Shown: one piece after another, positions 12,850-25,773 of the stretch
How positions within the stretch are numbered: the first letter of the stretch is position 1
Layout of the letters: each line of letters begins with the position of its first letter
DNA from: Octopus bimaculoides
Lineage: Eukaryota
NCBI RefSeq assembly: GCF_001194135.2
Contig: NC_068987.1
Location: forward strand, 92,429,908 to 92,493,907
Direction of reading: 5' to 3'
Length of the DNA stretch: 64,000 nucleotides
Notes under the pieces: generated by a model
The model's input: only the letters and a program-made list of their open reading frames with translations
What the model was told of the DNA's origin: nothing
The model's database searches: none
Position numbers and translations under genes: made by a program

Positions 12850-15004
12850 GAAAGAGGTAGAATTAAATTAAACAGAGTTAAGAGACATGATAGAAGAAGC
12901 GAAGAATTCACAAAGTTTTCAATGTTCACTCTGTCTGCAGCTGATACATAGCATAAGAATATAATACACATTTACATATGCTTATAATGAAAGTATTCCC
13001 TTTGAAATCATCCAAGTCATTTGTTTTAAGTATCATGATAGCTCCACTGAATGAAATTGCAATTAAAATATTCCAGATGCATCGATACTGTATTTTCTGT
13101 TATAGTGTATCTAATACAAATTTTACTTTTCTTAGAAGACAACTGAGTGATTTCGGTGAAATTATGTGGCAGTTTATGTAGGCGGAAAGATTACTGAAAT
13201 ATTACTCGTTTGGTGTGATCCGAACAGTTTTATCTGCATTATAAATCTCATGTTTCAGTGTTACATATATATATATATATACAGTTATATACATTTAGTA
13301 GTGGGAAACCGACGTGCAATACGTTAGCCTTACATGAGGCCAAAATTATGTTTATCTGGAAGCGAAACCTAGCAGCAATCACGATATACAAAAACTCGTN
13401 NNNNNNNNNNNNNNNNNNNNNNNNNNNNNNNNNNNNNNNNNNNNNNNNNNNNNNNNNNNNNNNNNNNNNNNNNNNNNNNNNNNNNNNNNNNNNNNNNNNN
13501 NNNNNNNNNNNNNNNNNNNNNNNNNNNNNNNNNNNNNNNNNNNNNNNNNNNNNNNNNNNNNNNNNNNNNNNNNNNNNNNNNNNNNNNNNNNNNNNNNNNN
13601 NNNNNNNNNNNNNNNNNNNNNNNNNNNNNNNNNNNNNNNNNNNNNNNNNNNNNNNNNNNNNNNNNNNNNNNNNNNNNNNNNNNNNNNNNNNNNNNNNNNN
13701 NNNNNNNNNNNNNNNNNNNNNNNNNNNNNNNNNNNNNNNNNNNNNNNNNNNNNNNNNNNNNNNNNNNNNNNNNNNNNNNNNNNNNNNNNNNNNNNNNNNN
13801 NNNNNNNNNNNNNNNNNNNNNNNNNNNNNNNNNNNNNNNNNNNNNNNNNNNNNNNNNNNNNNNNNNNNNNNNNNNNNNNNNNNNNNNNNNNNNNNNNNNN
13901 NNNNNNNNNNNNNNNNNNNNNNNNNNNNNNNNNNNNNNNNNNNNNNNNNNNNNNNNNNNNNNNNNNNNNNNNNNNNNNNNNNNNNNNNNNNNNNNNNNNN
14001 NNNNNNNNNNNNNNNNNNNNNNNNNNNNNNNNNNNNNNNNNNNNNNNNNNNNNNNNNNNNNNNNNNNNNNNNNNNNNNNNNNNNNNNNNNNNNNNNNNNN
14101 NNNNNNNNNNNNNNNNNNNNNNNNNNNNNNNNNNNNNNNNNNNNNNNNNNNNNNNNNNNNNNNNNNNNNNNNNNNNNNNNNNNNNNNNNNNNNNNNNNNN
14201 NNNNNNNNNNNNNNNNNNNNNNNNNNNNNNNNNNNNNNNNNNNNNNNNNNNNNNNNNNNNNNNNNNNNNNNNNNNNNNNNNNNNNNNNNNNNNNNNNNNN
14301 NNNNNNNNNNNNNNNNNNNNNNNNNNNNNNNNNNNATTAGACATAGGAACACCAACCATGCTGCTTACTGACTCGTGCTTCATATGTTGTCTGGTCATTT
14401 CTGCTGATGATAGTCCGACCTTGTAAGATATATAATTTTTATCTTACTAAAATTGACTTGAAACCATGGTACAGAATATAGATTGGTAAATGTTTTTATT
14501 TTTCATTCCGTTTCGAAATTATCCCTAATTTTTGTGGTATGTAGTATTTTGCTGCTATTTCTAGCGGGTTAGATGTCCTATTATAGGCATCTCTGCATTT
14601 TAAATGAATAATACATAGTCTATTGACTCTTTTTTTACTCTCGCTAGACCACTGGTGGTAAATAAAATTTCTAAAAATTTTTTTGCTACTCTATAATTTA
14701 TTAATATATTATATTATATTATATATGTTTGTAATAATGCTATCGACAGGGTCTATATTAAATCAATTTGTGGCTCTCACCATTGTTTTTGCTCTTAAAA
14801 ATATTATTGACCATTAATATGTTTGAAAGTTAACTGTTATACCTGACATTGGCAAACAGTAAGGAAAAAATCTGTTTGACAGCTAGCTACTAGAAATAGT
14901 CATTAACACCTGCAAATTAGAAAATAAATAAAGAAGTATACGTTACAGAATATAGTAATCGGTGCATGTTATTGCTTCAAACACATTTGAAAAGTATCTA
15001 TCGA

Positions 15005-15400
15005 TTATCTTTTACCTGTTTCAGTCATTAGATTGCGGTCATGTGGAGGTACCGCCTTGAAAAAGTTCTCAGTGCATATTATTATTATTTATTTATTTTT
15101 TGCTTTTAAAACCTGATATGTTCTGTACCGGTCTATTTCACCGAACCGCCAAATTACGGGGATATAAACACAACACACGTTGTGAAGCTGTGTTGGGCGA
15201 CAAACATAGACACAAAGACGCCTACACATGCGCATATGCATGCATGCATGTATGTCTAGATACATTTGTGTATATGTGTATACACAATCACACACGCACA
15301 CATTCACTTCCCGTCTACCATATCGGTTAGTCGACTTGAGGTTATAGTGCAAAACAGTTACCGAAGGTCCCGGGCAATGGGATTGAATCCGAACATTATT
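15005..15400 (-). mobile_element. Degenerate SINE family B copy
   Basis: ttttacctgtttcagtcattagattgcggtcatg...gaaccgccaaattacggggatataaacac...ccgtctacc is the reverse complement of blocks in 59346-59745. Confidence 0.75.
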
Positions 15401-15832
15401 TGCATAAATTAACTATCACTTAATTAATGACCGAAGTTTTTTATATACTTAATTGATGAAAGTCTGAAATATTCAGCATTTTATATCATCTGTCTTTGAT
15501 TTGAACATAAAAATTAAAAGTGAATGGTTCTTTCTATCAAACGGTGACGGTAAAAGGCCATACAATTTTGTCAACGAAAGATTTCATACATATATATGTT
15601 TACTCGCCAATAATTCATAAACTGGTTTTGTAAATGATACATCTAAATAGGAAAATAGAAACAAATCTATATTTGAGACTAGACTCATTTAACTATCAAT
15701 ATTTAACTGTATGATTTTAAATAATATAGAACATTGAATGCCATGATCTTTTAACAGATTTCGCTCTAAATGTCAGATATATTTTTGCTCTTATTTTCCC
15801 GTCATTCAAATGGTTAGATATTTTGCTTTTAC

Positions 15833-16041
15833 CTGTAGCTAAATACCACGATTAGTATTGAAAATATTTCAGGAAGTAAAATGGTATTGCCTACAAATAT
15901 CGTTGCAAATCTTGACATGGCATGTCTTGCTTTAAACTCTCTTCCGCTAATTTGGCTACAAGTACCAATTCTGTCTACAGTTTTCAAAAGTAGAAAATGA
16001 AATCCGGAAACGTTAAATGTTTGCCGCTTCTGTCTAAATTT
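15833..16041 (-). CDS. Candidate 209-nt internal exon ending in a transmembrane-like segment (KFRQKRQTF...GTCSQISGRE...FATIFVGNTILLPEIFSILIVVFSY)
   Basis: Strong acceptor ccttttccatacag| and donor TACAG|gtaaaa; only the phase-0 frame is open; no homology recognised. Confidence 0.35.
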
Positions 16042-18517
16042 CTGTATGGAAAAGGTTATTAAGTTGACAAGAACTACGTCTGTAAAGTTATGCTCGTTTT
16101 CAAACATGCTTTCCTCAAAGTTAAAAAGAAAAAGAACAAAAAATCAAAAAGAAAAAATAAATTTAAAAAACTACTAGCAAAGACTTTCGTGATATACAAC
16201 CTTTCGGAGAATGAAAACGTATTTTTGTATAGTTATATTTAAAAATGAAACAAAGCGAAACCTTTGTTTCCATTATCATTGAACAAAACTTCCCAAAATA
16301 ATTAAATAATAACAAAACAGAAGATGGAGCAATGGAAAAATATAACGACAATTCTTCATTGACGTTTATACGAGGAGTACAGCAGATAACATTACTCTCA
16401 AGATTTTTCTAATAGAAAATATTTAATGTTGAGAGATAGAACAACAGATATAAACCCTAAAGTACAGTGTTTAAAAAAGACACTTAACAATATGCACAGC
16501 TAATAACATAACAAAGAATATGCAAATATATATGCTCTTGCACATAGATGTAGAAAGGGATTGATGTACTTGTGTGTGCGTGCGTGCATGCATCTGTATA
16601 TGAATAAATATGTTGACATTCATAACATATATGTTTGTATATATGTATATATATATATATATATATATNNNNNNNNNNNNNNNNNNNNNNNNNNNNNNNN
16701 NNNNNNNNNNNNNNNNNNNNNNNNNNNNNNNNNNNNNNNNNNNNNNNNNNNNNNNNNNNNNNNNNNNNNNNNNNNNNNNNNNNNNNNNNNNNNNNNNNNN
16801 NNNNNNNNNNNNNNNNNNNNNNNNNNNNNNNNNNNNNNNNNNNNNNNNNNNNNNNNNNNNNNNNNNNNNNNNNNNNNNNNNNNNNNNNNNNNNNNNNNNN
16901 NNNNNNNNNNNNNNNNNNNNNNNNNNNNNNNNNNNNNNNNNNNNNNNNNNNNNNNNNNNNNNNNNNNNNNNNNNNNNNNNNNNNNNNNNNNNNNNNNNNN
17001 NNNNNNNNNNNNNNNNNNNNNNNNACCCCCCCCCCCAAGAAAAAAGAACGAAGAACAAACACAACCACCTCCCCAAAAAAAAACAACGCGAGGACGTGGT
17101 ACATGCGAAGCGTAAGCAGACGCTCAGGGAAGGGAAGAAATGTACTTTTTACGTTCCTAGCATAGAAATAATACGTGCGAAAACTTCTGCTTTAAAACTG
17201 ATATATAGTACAAAAGGATTATGATGTTGTTATGACGCCCAACACATTGATTAGATCTTACGTAATATTATGCATTACGCGGTGAAACTCTGACAACTTT
17301 GGCATTATTCCAGATGTCCCGAGCCTGTTCAGAATTGCAGTTTCGCGGCCATTTCTCCCATTTTTCCTAGAAGGCTCCGAGTGTATGATATAACACCCAT
17401 TTCTCTCTGTCTTTCTCTCTCTCTCCTCTCTCTCTCTCCCGCTCTCTCTCCGAATCACCAGAATGATCGCAGATGTACATATATTTAAAAAAAATATATT
17501 AGCTTTAGAAAGACAATGCTTCAACTCTTTAAATTATATTTCCCTTTAAAATGTATTCAGATTTGTTGAACACTATATACACGGTAAGTGGAGGGGTAAA
17601 CTGCTTAACACCTTTGACACATGCACTTCTCTAAATATTTTGAAAGTTGTTTTACCGTTCACTCCCGTAGAAATAGTAAACAACATTTACAGCATAATTT
17701 CATTCGTCAGTTTGGAAAATTGCGATGTTCAGAATATCATTTTTATTTTCTCATACATCCTTTATTTTTTTGTCGTTGATTAATCACATCCACTCTCGCT
17801 ATCTGTCACACATTTTCGTCTATTTATACCTGCACACACGCATACGTACATCGATCCATACATACATATGCACGCATGCACATATCTTCATTTGTGACTG
17901 GATCTCATAAAGCAGGGATTTCTTAATACTATCTCCCACGATATAAACCTGCACGCATACTTTATAAAAAGCGTGTTTTCGTTCGCAAGAGGTTATTTCT
18001 CTGTTAGACTGCTGCTACAACTGAGAAAATACTTATTGTTGTGAGTCTATTAATTGCGATATAAAAAATGAATTTTGCAAATTTATATTCATTTTTTCAT
18101 AAATCCTCTTAGGAAGTGTGTTTTCGATTGCGCTTGTATAATCTCTCTGCCAGATAACACAACACAAATGATTTTAAATATCTCTGCAATGAGAGAAATG
18201 TCTATGTTGTATAAATGGCGAGAGTATTTTGAAGAAAAATTGGTTTCAAATGTTGTCAGTGTCTACGTTGATAAAAGCGTTTAAACGTAGAAACTAGTGG
18301 AAAATGACGTGTTAATAAAAATCAGGAACGGAAAGTACGTTTCCAGCCGATTATAATGTTTGAATGTTGAGAATGAAATCAATGTACGCATTAATGTTTA
18401 AAAGCCATTCATGATACAAAATTGAATTAACATGGTGTAGTATGTTTTTGTTGAAATAGAAGAATTTTTGAAAACTTATATTGTAAACTTTCCTTATTTA
18501 ATTAATAGTTTCCTTTG

Positions 18518-18569
<52 letters not shown>

Positions 18570-19059
18570 ACACACATACACACACAGACACACACACACA
18601 CACACACATTCATATATACATACACACATCCATATGTTCATTCACAGATTGCCTCAAGTTGTAAAATAGCAGTTTAACTATATGTCAAAAAATGGGAGTG
18701 TTTTCCATTAAATTGAATGTTCCTGTCTTACCAAACATTTGAATGAGTATAATGTACTTTTGAAGCAGCACAGATTCATTTGGAATCGTGACTTATGTCT
18801 TCACGCAATCATTTACATATTTTCAGAAGCTATGTAAAACTTAATGGAGATAATTTAGGTTCTTACATATATTATGACGTTTTGTTTAAATAACAATTTA
18901 GTTCCAATTAAATCAGCACAATCTTCCCGTATTTGAGATAGGAAAGAGCGGTAACTTAAACCCATGTATATTTGACTGTCTGTCACCTACAGAAATTGTA
19001 GATGATGCAATGTAATATTTTTTATATATTGCTGTTTATTATTAGTAGTGATATTATTA

Positions 19060-19330
19060 CATAGCAAAAATAAAGTGATACGACACTCTGTCAGTCATGG
19101 CGGTGAATGTTCCTTTTGATCCTATAATAGAAACAGTGTGCTCGTGAAACAAACGTGCAAGTCGGCTGATTACTCTTTGGACACGCGTAATCTTAACATA
19201 GCTCTGAGTGAGATTCAGCGTGACACAGAATGTGAAATAGAGTGTATTGCTTAAGGACACAGCGCGCTGGCGGATATTGAACTCACAAGACATTACAATC
19301 GTGAGCCAAATACCGCGCAGACTAAGACAC
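19060..19330 (-). mobile_element. tRNA-derived SINE (family C)
   Basis: Minus strand has B-box-like gagttcaatatcc followed by gtgtccttaagcaatacact, a block typical of conserved central SINE domains. Confidence 0.7.
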
Positions 19331-22300
19331 TCACTTTCACATAGAACAAAAACGAATAGCCTCTAAATCCCATGGGGCATATATTAAATAACTATATTCC
19401 TATAAATTGTTTGCGGTTGTATCTGAGTTCAAAAACTTGGATTGTTAAAGTACGGAATCTTTGATAGAATAAAATGATGCAACGTTTTACTTGGTGATAA
19501 TTTACATGGTAAATTTAAACTTCTTAAACTGTTGAAATTGACATTGATTTTCATCGATAAAATAATACCAGTAATGTGTTGAGGTCCATTTAATCGATTA
19601 CACCTGACCACCACTAAATTTTGTACTTTTGTCAATATTAAAATATTTTTATTATTGTAATTAATTTGAGTAAATATTCGATGTTTGAAATAAATAATTT
19701 CTTATTCTATTGAATATAAATTGCGACTAAGTGCGACTGGCCAGTCAACCTTAGACAAAAATTCTTCAACCGTAACACTATAATTGAATGGGTCTGTGGA
19801 AACTTTCCGTTTAATATATCTTCAAACTTTTTTTATCGGGTTGGTTTGTTTGTATTGCTTAACATCCTGCAAGAGAGAGAAACACACAATAAAAAAATAA
19901 AAGTAAAGCAGCCAAGGAAATGTAGTTATTGAAATGACTTTTGATGTTTGTAATAATATAAAAAAAAGTCACTTATGTGTAATGATGTTTCAAGAACGAC
20001 CAGTATTTAATGTTTTAATTGCGTCTTCTTCGCTTTGTTGATTTCTGACAATTTACTGAAGTTTCATGTCTGCTGGAATTTCATGGCTTTATTGGGTACG
20101 ATTTTCATGCCTCAGCTATTAGTAGTAGTATGTCATATTGTAACAGTTAGGTGTGATTAAAAGGGGAAGAAAATAATGAGTGAATAAAATGAAAATTAAA
20201 ACTGAGTGAACAGAGACTGGATTATTGGTAACGCGTCAAAACACTTGACTCTAGATTCACACACTATATAAGAGAATACTTTTCTTACTGTTGATAATCA
20301 CTTTAATATATCTAAATTACTAGGCGGGTCTTGTTTGCCTTAGCGAAAATCCACTCAATGACAAACTTTCATGACATGGCACCGATCTCAGGATAATCTT
20401 CTCGTTTAGTTCCACAGTCACAGAAGCCTTGTGAAATGTCTCGAAGGATAAAACTTGATAAAATGATAAGAAGTGAAAAAAATCTATATAATATATTGCA
20501 CGGAATATCGAAGCACTTCGAAAATACACCTTATATAATATTCTTATAATAAGACTATTAGTATCAGCTGGTAATTGCTGAGTTCACATATTTTACACAT
20601 TATTTCATTAATGTAATCCAACAATAGCTGTGTACCTGCACGTCTTTAGGTGAGAGGCTTTGTGTATAAGATTTGATCTGAAAAGTGATTCATTCAATAT
20701 AAAATTATTATGGAATACTATAAATTCCTGTCCCCTATTGAGACTACAACAGCAAATCTGTTTCCATTAAACAATGGAAAATGAGTAGAGGATGAATATA
20801 ATTTCTCATAAATCGCTGGAAATCTCTGATATTTGGTTGATATTAATGACTTTTAATAAACAAGTAAACAAGATAAACTGGATTAGGACTATTTATTTTA
20901 CCAAAATGAGATATCTATTCAGCGGTTCAAAACCAATTGCGATTTATCACACATCATGCGAAATAAGTATTGTTTTTACTATACTGTCTTGCGTGCAATA
21001 TTTTGTAAGTAAGCACGATATTCAATATGCAAGTGAAACTGAAAAACCCGATACTCATTAGTTGGACTTAAAATGTCTGATTCATGGAATTTTAACTGAT
21101 GAACCCTGCCATGCCTTGTACATGAGCGTGTCGGATGAAGACTGCCATATCATCTAAATGAGGGTGTTTGATACTGAAACGCACTAAAATTGCGATGATT
21201 CCAGATTACAACACAGATATCATTGTGCTTGTTTTTAGTACATTAATATGTGAAGGAAATTGCCACTTTTATCATTGCTTTATTTTTATAGTACAGATAT
21301 AACAATCTGAGTAGTTGGAGCAGTCTTGGATTTTCCCGGTGGCTTCAAGCATGAAAAGCTAGTATATAACAGGTTGTATCCAACGAAATATGTCCAACAT
21401 TTAGCTATAAGCACCGAGGGAAGTGCAAGTGGTGAAAAGATTTAGTGATATACGCCCTACCCTTCGACAAATATTTCCAGAGGGTTTATTCAAGAGAAAT
21501 TCATTATTCAGCTTTATTATGGTAAATCCGTTCACTGTCTTCATGCTAGTTGTAATCTCTTTGCTCGTAATAGACGCACACAGAAACCTCATTCTTTTGA
21601 AAAAAATAAGGGACTAATTATTCTTGTATAATAGCCTCGTATTCAACTTTCCTAAAGATAAATTGTGCGGAGTAAGCAGTCGATATCATCAGCCCTATTT
21701 CATGACTGGTATTATTGCTTAAAAAAACTGGAAGGAAGAAATATAAATATGAGACGAATAGGTTTTAAAAACATGTATAAGGTTACATCATTACGTCTTC
21801 CCAGTTGCAAATTTGTTTGTAATTATGTTAATTATTTGGAGAACACCCTCACTCATATCAATATAATGGACCATTCTACTTTCCATTTGTCAGTTGCGAC
21901 GTGTCTGCATTTCGTGGATTTGGATGCTGAAGAAAACAGAAGGAACAACATTTCTTATTGGAAATCGAAGCAATGGTACAAATAGCTTTAAATAAACAAT
22001 CGTCATTCTACTTTAAAGTTGTCAAACTTAAGCACTCCTCTTCCCTAACTTACCCCAATCTCATCTCACACGTTAGTGTCCTCTTTATTTCTTTCTTTCT
22101 CACCTAGTTTCCCTCATACTTCTTACCGTTTATGTATGCACACTCACGTTGCCTCACGTTCTTCACAATTTGCAGCCAGTTGCTCAAACATAAAGGATGC
22201 AAAATTCTGCGAAAATTTCATTTTTTTCATTCAAGTCATTTTAAAATTTAACAGAAAAATATAATCTGTCCAACACGTTGGATAATAAAGAGCCATCGGC

Positions 22301-22943
22301 TATTTCAACGTATTTCTTTGTCGGCTTTACTATAGACGTATTATATGCATAATATACACGCACACACACCACCCACACATACATACATACGTATATACAT
22401 ACATGCATACAAACACGAACTCACACATAACTCATACAAACACATATGTATACACACGTATATATGTACATTTATAAATATGTAACCAAAAACATGATCA
22501 GTATATAAAGTATCTATCTAACACGCTCTGCAAAAATACGCAATTTGTAACAGTTTTTCTTTTCTTGAAGTGGCCGGAAGGCAAAACGAAAGAAACAAAA
22601 TTTGAATATTTACGTAAGTATTACGAATAAGAATTCTATTTACTTTATATAAAATACATTTGGCAAGGAATATCAATCTACACGGTGGTAACCGTTTTAA
22701 GCAAAATTCATGTTTGTACCTCAAAAACTGTAAAAATAAATTATTTAAACAAAATCAAGACCTTATGGGTGAGTCGTAGTTTTACATTTTAATGATTATT
22801 GGAGTTGTTATAAAGGATGATATTTAAAAAAATGAATAATTATTTATAAAATCACTAAAATAAAAGAAAGCTTCTGCAGCGGTCAATCTCCAGTGTGTTT
22901 ATGTACATGTACAATAGAGGAGGAGCTGCAGTAGAAAGAAAAC

Positions 22944-23348
22944 ATGTTAAGATACGACCAAAGAATGACGGGTAACCACCAGATTAGGTTATTCAGAGTA
23001 GATCAGAAGAGATTCTATATAGAAACAAATGGAGAGTGTACAGAGGAAATGTTGATTCCAGAAAGCATTGACAGTCAAATGTTTTGGAGTGACATCTGGA
23101 GGAAAGACAAGGAGCACAAAAAGGATGCTGAAGAGTTGCAAGAACTGAACCAAACAATAGTGTGTCCAAAACAGGCAGAACTAGTCATTTCAGTTAGGGA
23201 TGTGAAGGGAATTAGCAAAAAAGTGAACAACTGGTAGGCCTCGGGACCAGATAGAATTCAAGGCTACTGGATCAAATGATTTGGTCAATGTCATGCATGA
23301 ATAGCTGCGCAACTGAACACCTAGTTAAATGCCGACCAAGCATCACCT
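22944..23348 (+). mobile_element. R4/Dong-clade non-LTR retrotransposon fragment (region just upstream of RT domain)
   Basis: Translates to NHQIRLFRVDQKRFY...FWSDIW...KKVNNW*ASGPDRIQGYWIK, matching R4-type NWKAPGPDGVQGYWLK; stops present. Confidence 0.8.
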
Positions 23349-23349
23349 G

Positions 23350-23426
<77 letters not shown>

Positions 23427-23451
23427 CATTATTATCATTATTATTATTATT
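23350..23451. repeat. (ATT)n microsatellite
   Basis: Direct reading. Confidence 0.95.
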
Positions 23452-23489
23452 CTAAGCCACTTCAGTTTCCTCGGAGGCGGTAATCTTCT

Positions 23490-24520
23490 TAAAGTCCCCA
23501 CATGCTCTTTGTATAAAGGCGGAAGCAGAGCAGAGCAGAGCTGAACAGACGCAAGTCTCTAACTACAAATATCCGAAAAGTCATAGGACGTATTGTGAGA
23601 TGGAAAATGATAATGCTCCCAGAAGAAAATGTCTCGCTGAACAGTACCCAGCATGATATCCATCTAGAACTGCTTTTCACTGCTCTTACGATACTGTGGC
23701 TAGATTTTGAAGCAGATGCTTGACCAGTCAAACGTTGATGTAATATATCTTGATTTTGCTAAGACACTTGATAAGTTTGATCATGGCATGCAATGTCACA
23801 AGCTTCGAAGCATTAGCGTAGCTGGTAACCAAGGAGAGTAACAACATATACATTATTAAAAGATGACCGTTAAGTCATTGCAGCCAATTGTACCCTCCCT
23901 AGGGAAGTACCAATTGTGAGTGACAACTTCCAGAAAACTGTTTTGGGGGCCATTACTGCTTTTAGTAGCTCTTTTAGACATGCTCATTGTCTCCAAAACA
24001 GCCACTGTCACCAGTCATGCTGATGATACATAATCACAGGCTATGAATAATTCTAATAGTGCTGCAAGTCTGCAGTGAGACCTAAATGTAATATATAATT
24101 GAGCTAAACAAAACAAGATGCACTCTAATGCTGGAAAATTTCAAGCTCTGCACTGTCATTTAACATACACACCACAGCCTGCATACAGAGGACATGAAGG
24201 TACTACAATTCCACAATCACGGACTGTGAGATATTTGCTGATCAGTGGATTAGTACTGATGCATTATTTCATGTGCACATTACTAAGATAGCAACAAAAT
24301 ATAGACCATATGCAAGATGGATACATAGATACTTGAGTACAAGAAACCATGAAGTCGTGTTGATTCTGTGGAAAACAATTGTTCTTCACCGTTTGCCCTA
24401 CCTCTCTGAGCAGCAATCACCACATAGTGGCAAGTTAACAGCGGAACTCAAATCTATATATCATGACTAGAAAAAAGATTGTCACACTGCAGCAGATAAA
24501 CTGCAAGGAGCAGCTGGAAA
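23490..24520 (+). mobile_element. CR1-type LINE reverse transcriptase fragment, decayed
   Basis: Motifs NVDVIYLDFAKTLDKFDHG (~23730), TVLGPLLLLVA (~23935), HADDT (24016; YADD equivalent); multiple stops and frameshifts. Confidence 0.85.
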
Positions 24521-25277
24521 AAGCACACGCATATATATATATATATATATACGATGTGTTCTCGCATAGTCTTTATCTCCTAAATCTAAATAATTATATA
24601 GTTATACAAATTACTTCATGCAAGAAGAAAACGACTGAGATGCCTTTCCTTGGTTTTGTACCTAACAGTCTAACAGTATGTCTTTCAAATGATAATATTT
24701 TAAAGCCCATATTTAAGCATCATAAATATTAGGCCATATTTCTGTTTTCTAACTCCAAAATATAGTATGAGCTCTACGTTCATCAACGACCCACGAGATA
24801 ATAAATGAAGTACCAAATTACATATAATTTCGAACGCTATACTCGAAATCGTCGATTAACATTTGTTTGAAGGTCAGCTTATAAGAGAGACGTAAACTTT
24901 AAACTTAACATTCGATGTTCTTCAAGGAAAGTCTAAATTCACAAATACAAGTACGAACAATTCTACAAGTAAATACTCTTCAGATTTTTTTTTCTAAAGC
25001 CCAGGAGAGCTTTTCGCAACATCATATAGATGTATGCAAGCGTACATATATAAACATACATAAATAAATAAATAAATATATATATACATACGTATATATC
25101 ATTGCATTGCGTTCTCACGCACAAACAGACGCACAATCACACGCGATGTAAATACACATTTACATACAAATGTGTAAAGATATATTCAGACAGAGCGACC
25201 AACCTTTCTTACACATATATAGGCAATGAATTGACGCAAATGATATTTACATACATAAGTAAAACATGCAAACACGC

Positions 25278-25344
<67 letters not shown>

Positions 25345-25726
25345 NNNNNNNNNNNNNNNNNNNNNNNNNNNNNNNNNNNNNNNNNNNNNNNNNNNNNNNN
25401 NNNNNNNNNNNNNNNNNNNNNNNNNNNNNNNNNNNNNNNNNNNNNNNNNNNNNNNNNNNNNNNNNNNNNNNNNNNNNNNNNNNNNNNNNNNNNNNNNNNN
25501 NNNNNNNNNNNNNNNNNNNNNNNNNNNNNNNNNNNNNNNNNNNNNNNNNNNNNNNNNNNNNNNNNNNNNNNNNNNNNNNNNNNNNNNNNNNNNNNNNNNN
25601 NNNNNNNNNNNNNNNNNNNNNNNNNNNNNNNNNNNNNNNNNNNNNNNNNNNNNNNNNNNNNNNNNNNNNNNNNNNNNNNNNNNNNNNNNNNNNNNNNNNN
25701 NNNNNNNNNNNNNNNNNNNNNNNNNN

Positions 25727-25773
<47 letters not shown>

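Noticed and set aside
15833-16041. Assignment of this exon to Cys-loop chemotactile receptor TM1 or GPCR TM5
   Set aside because: Either alignment needs insertions in the helix, and no neighbouring family motifs (Cys-loop, DRY, NPxxY) were found
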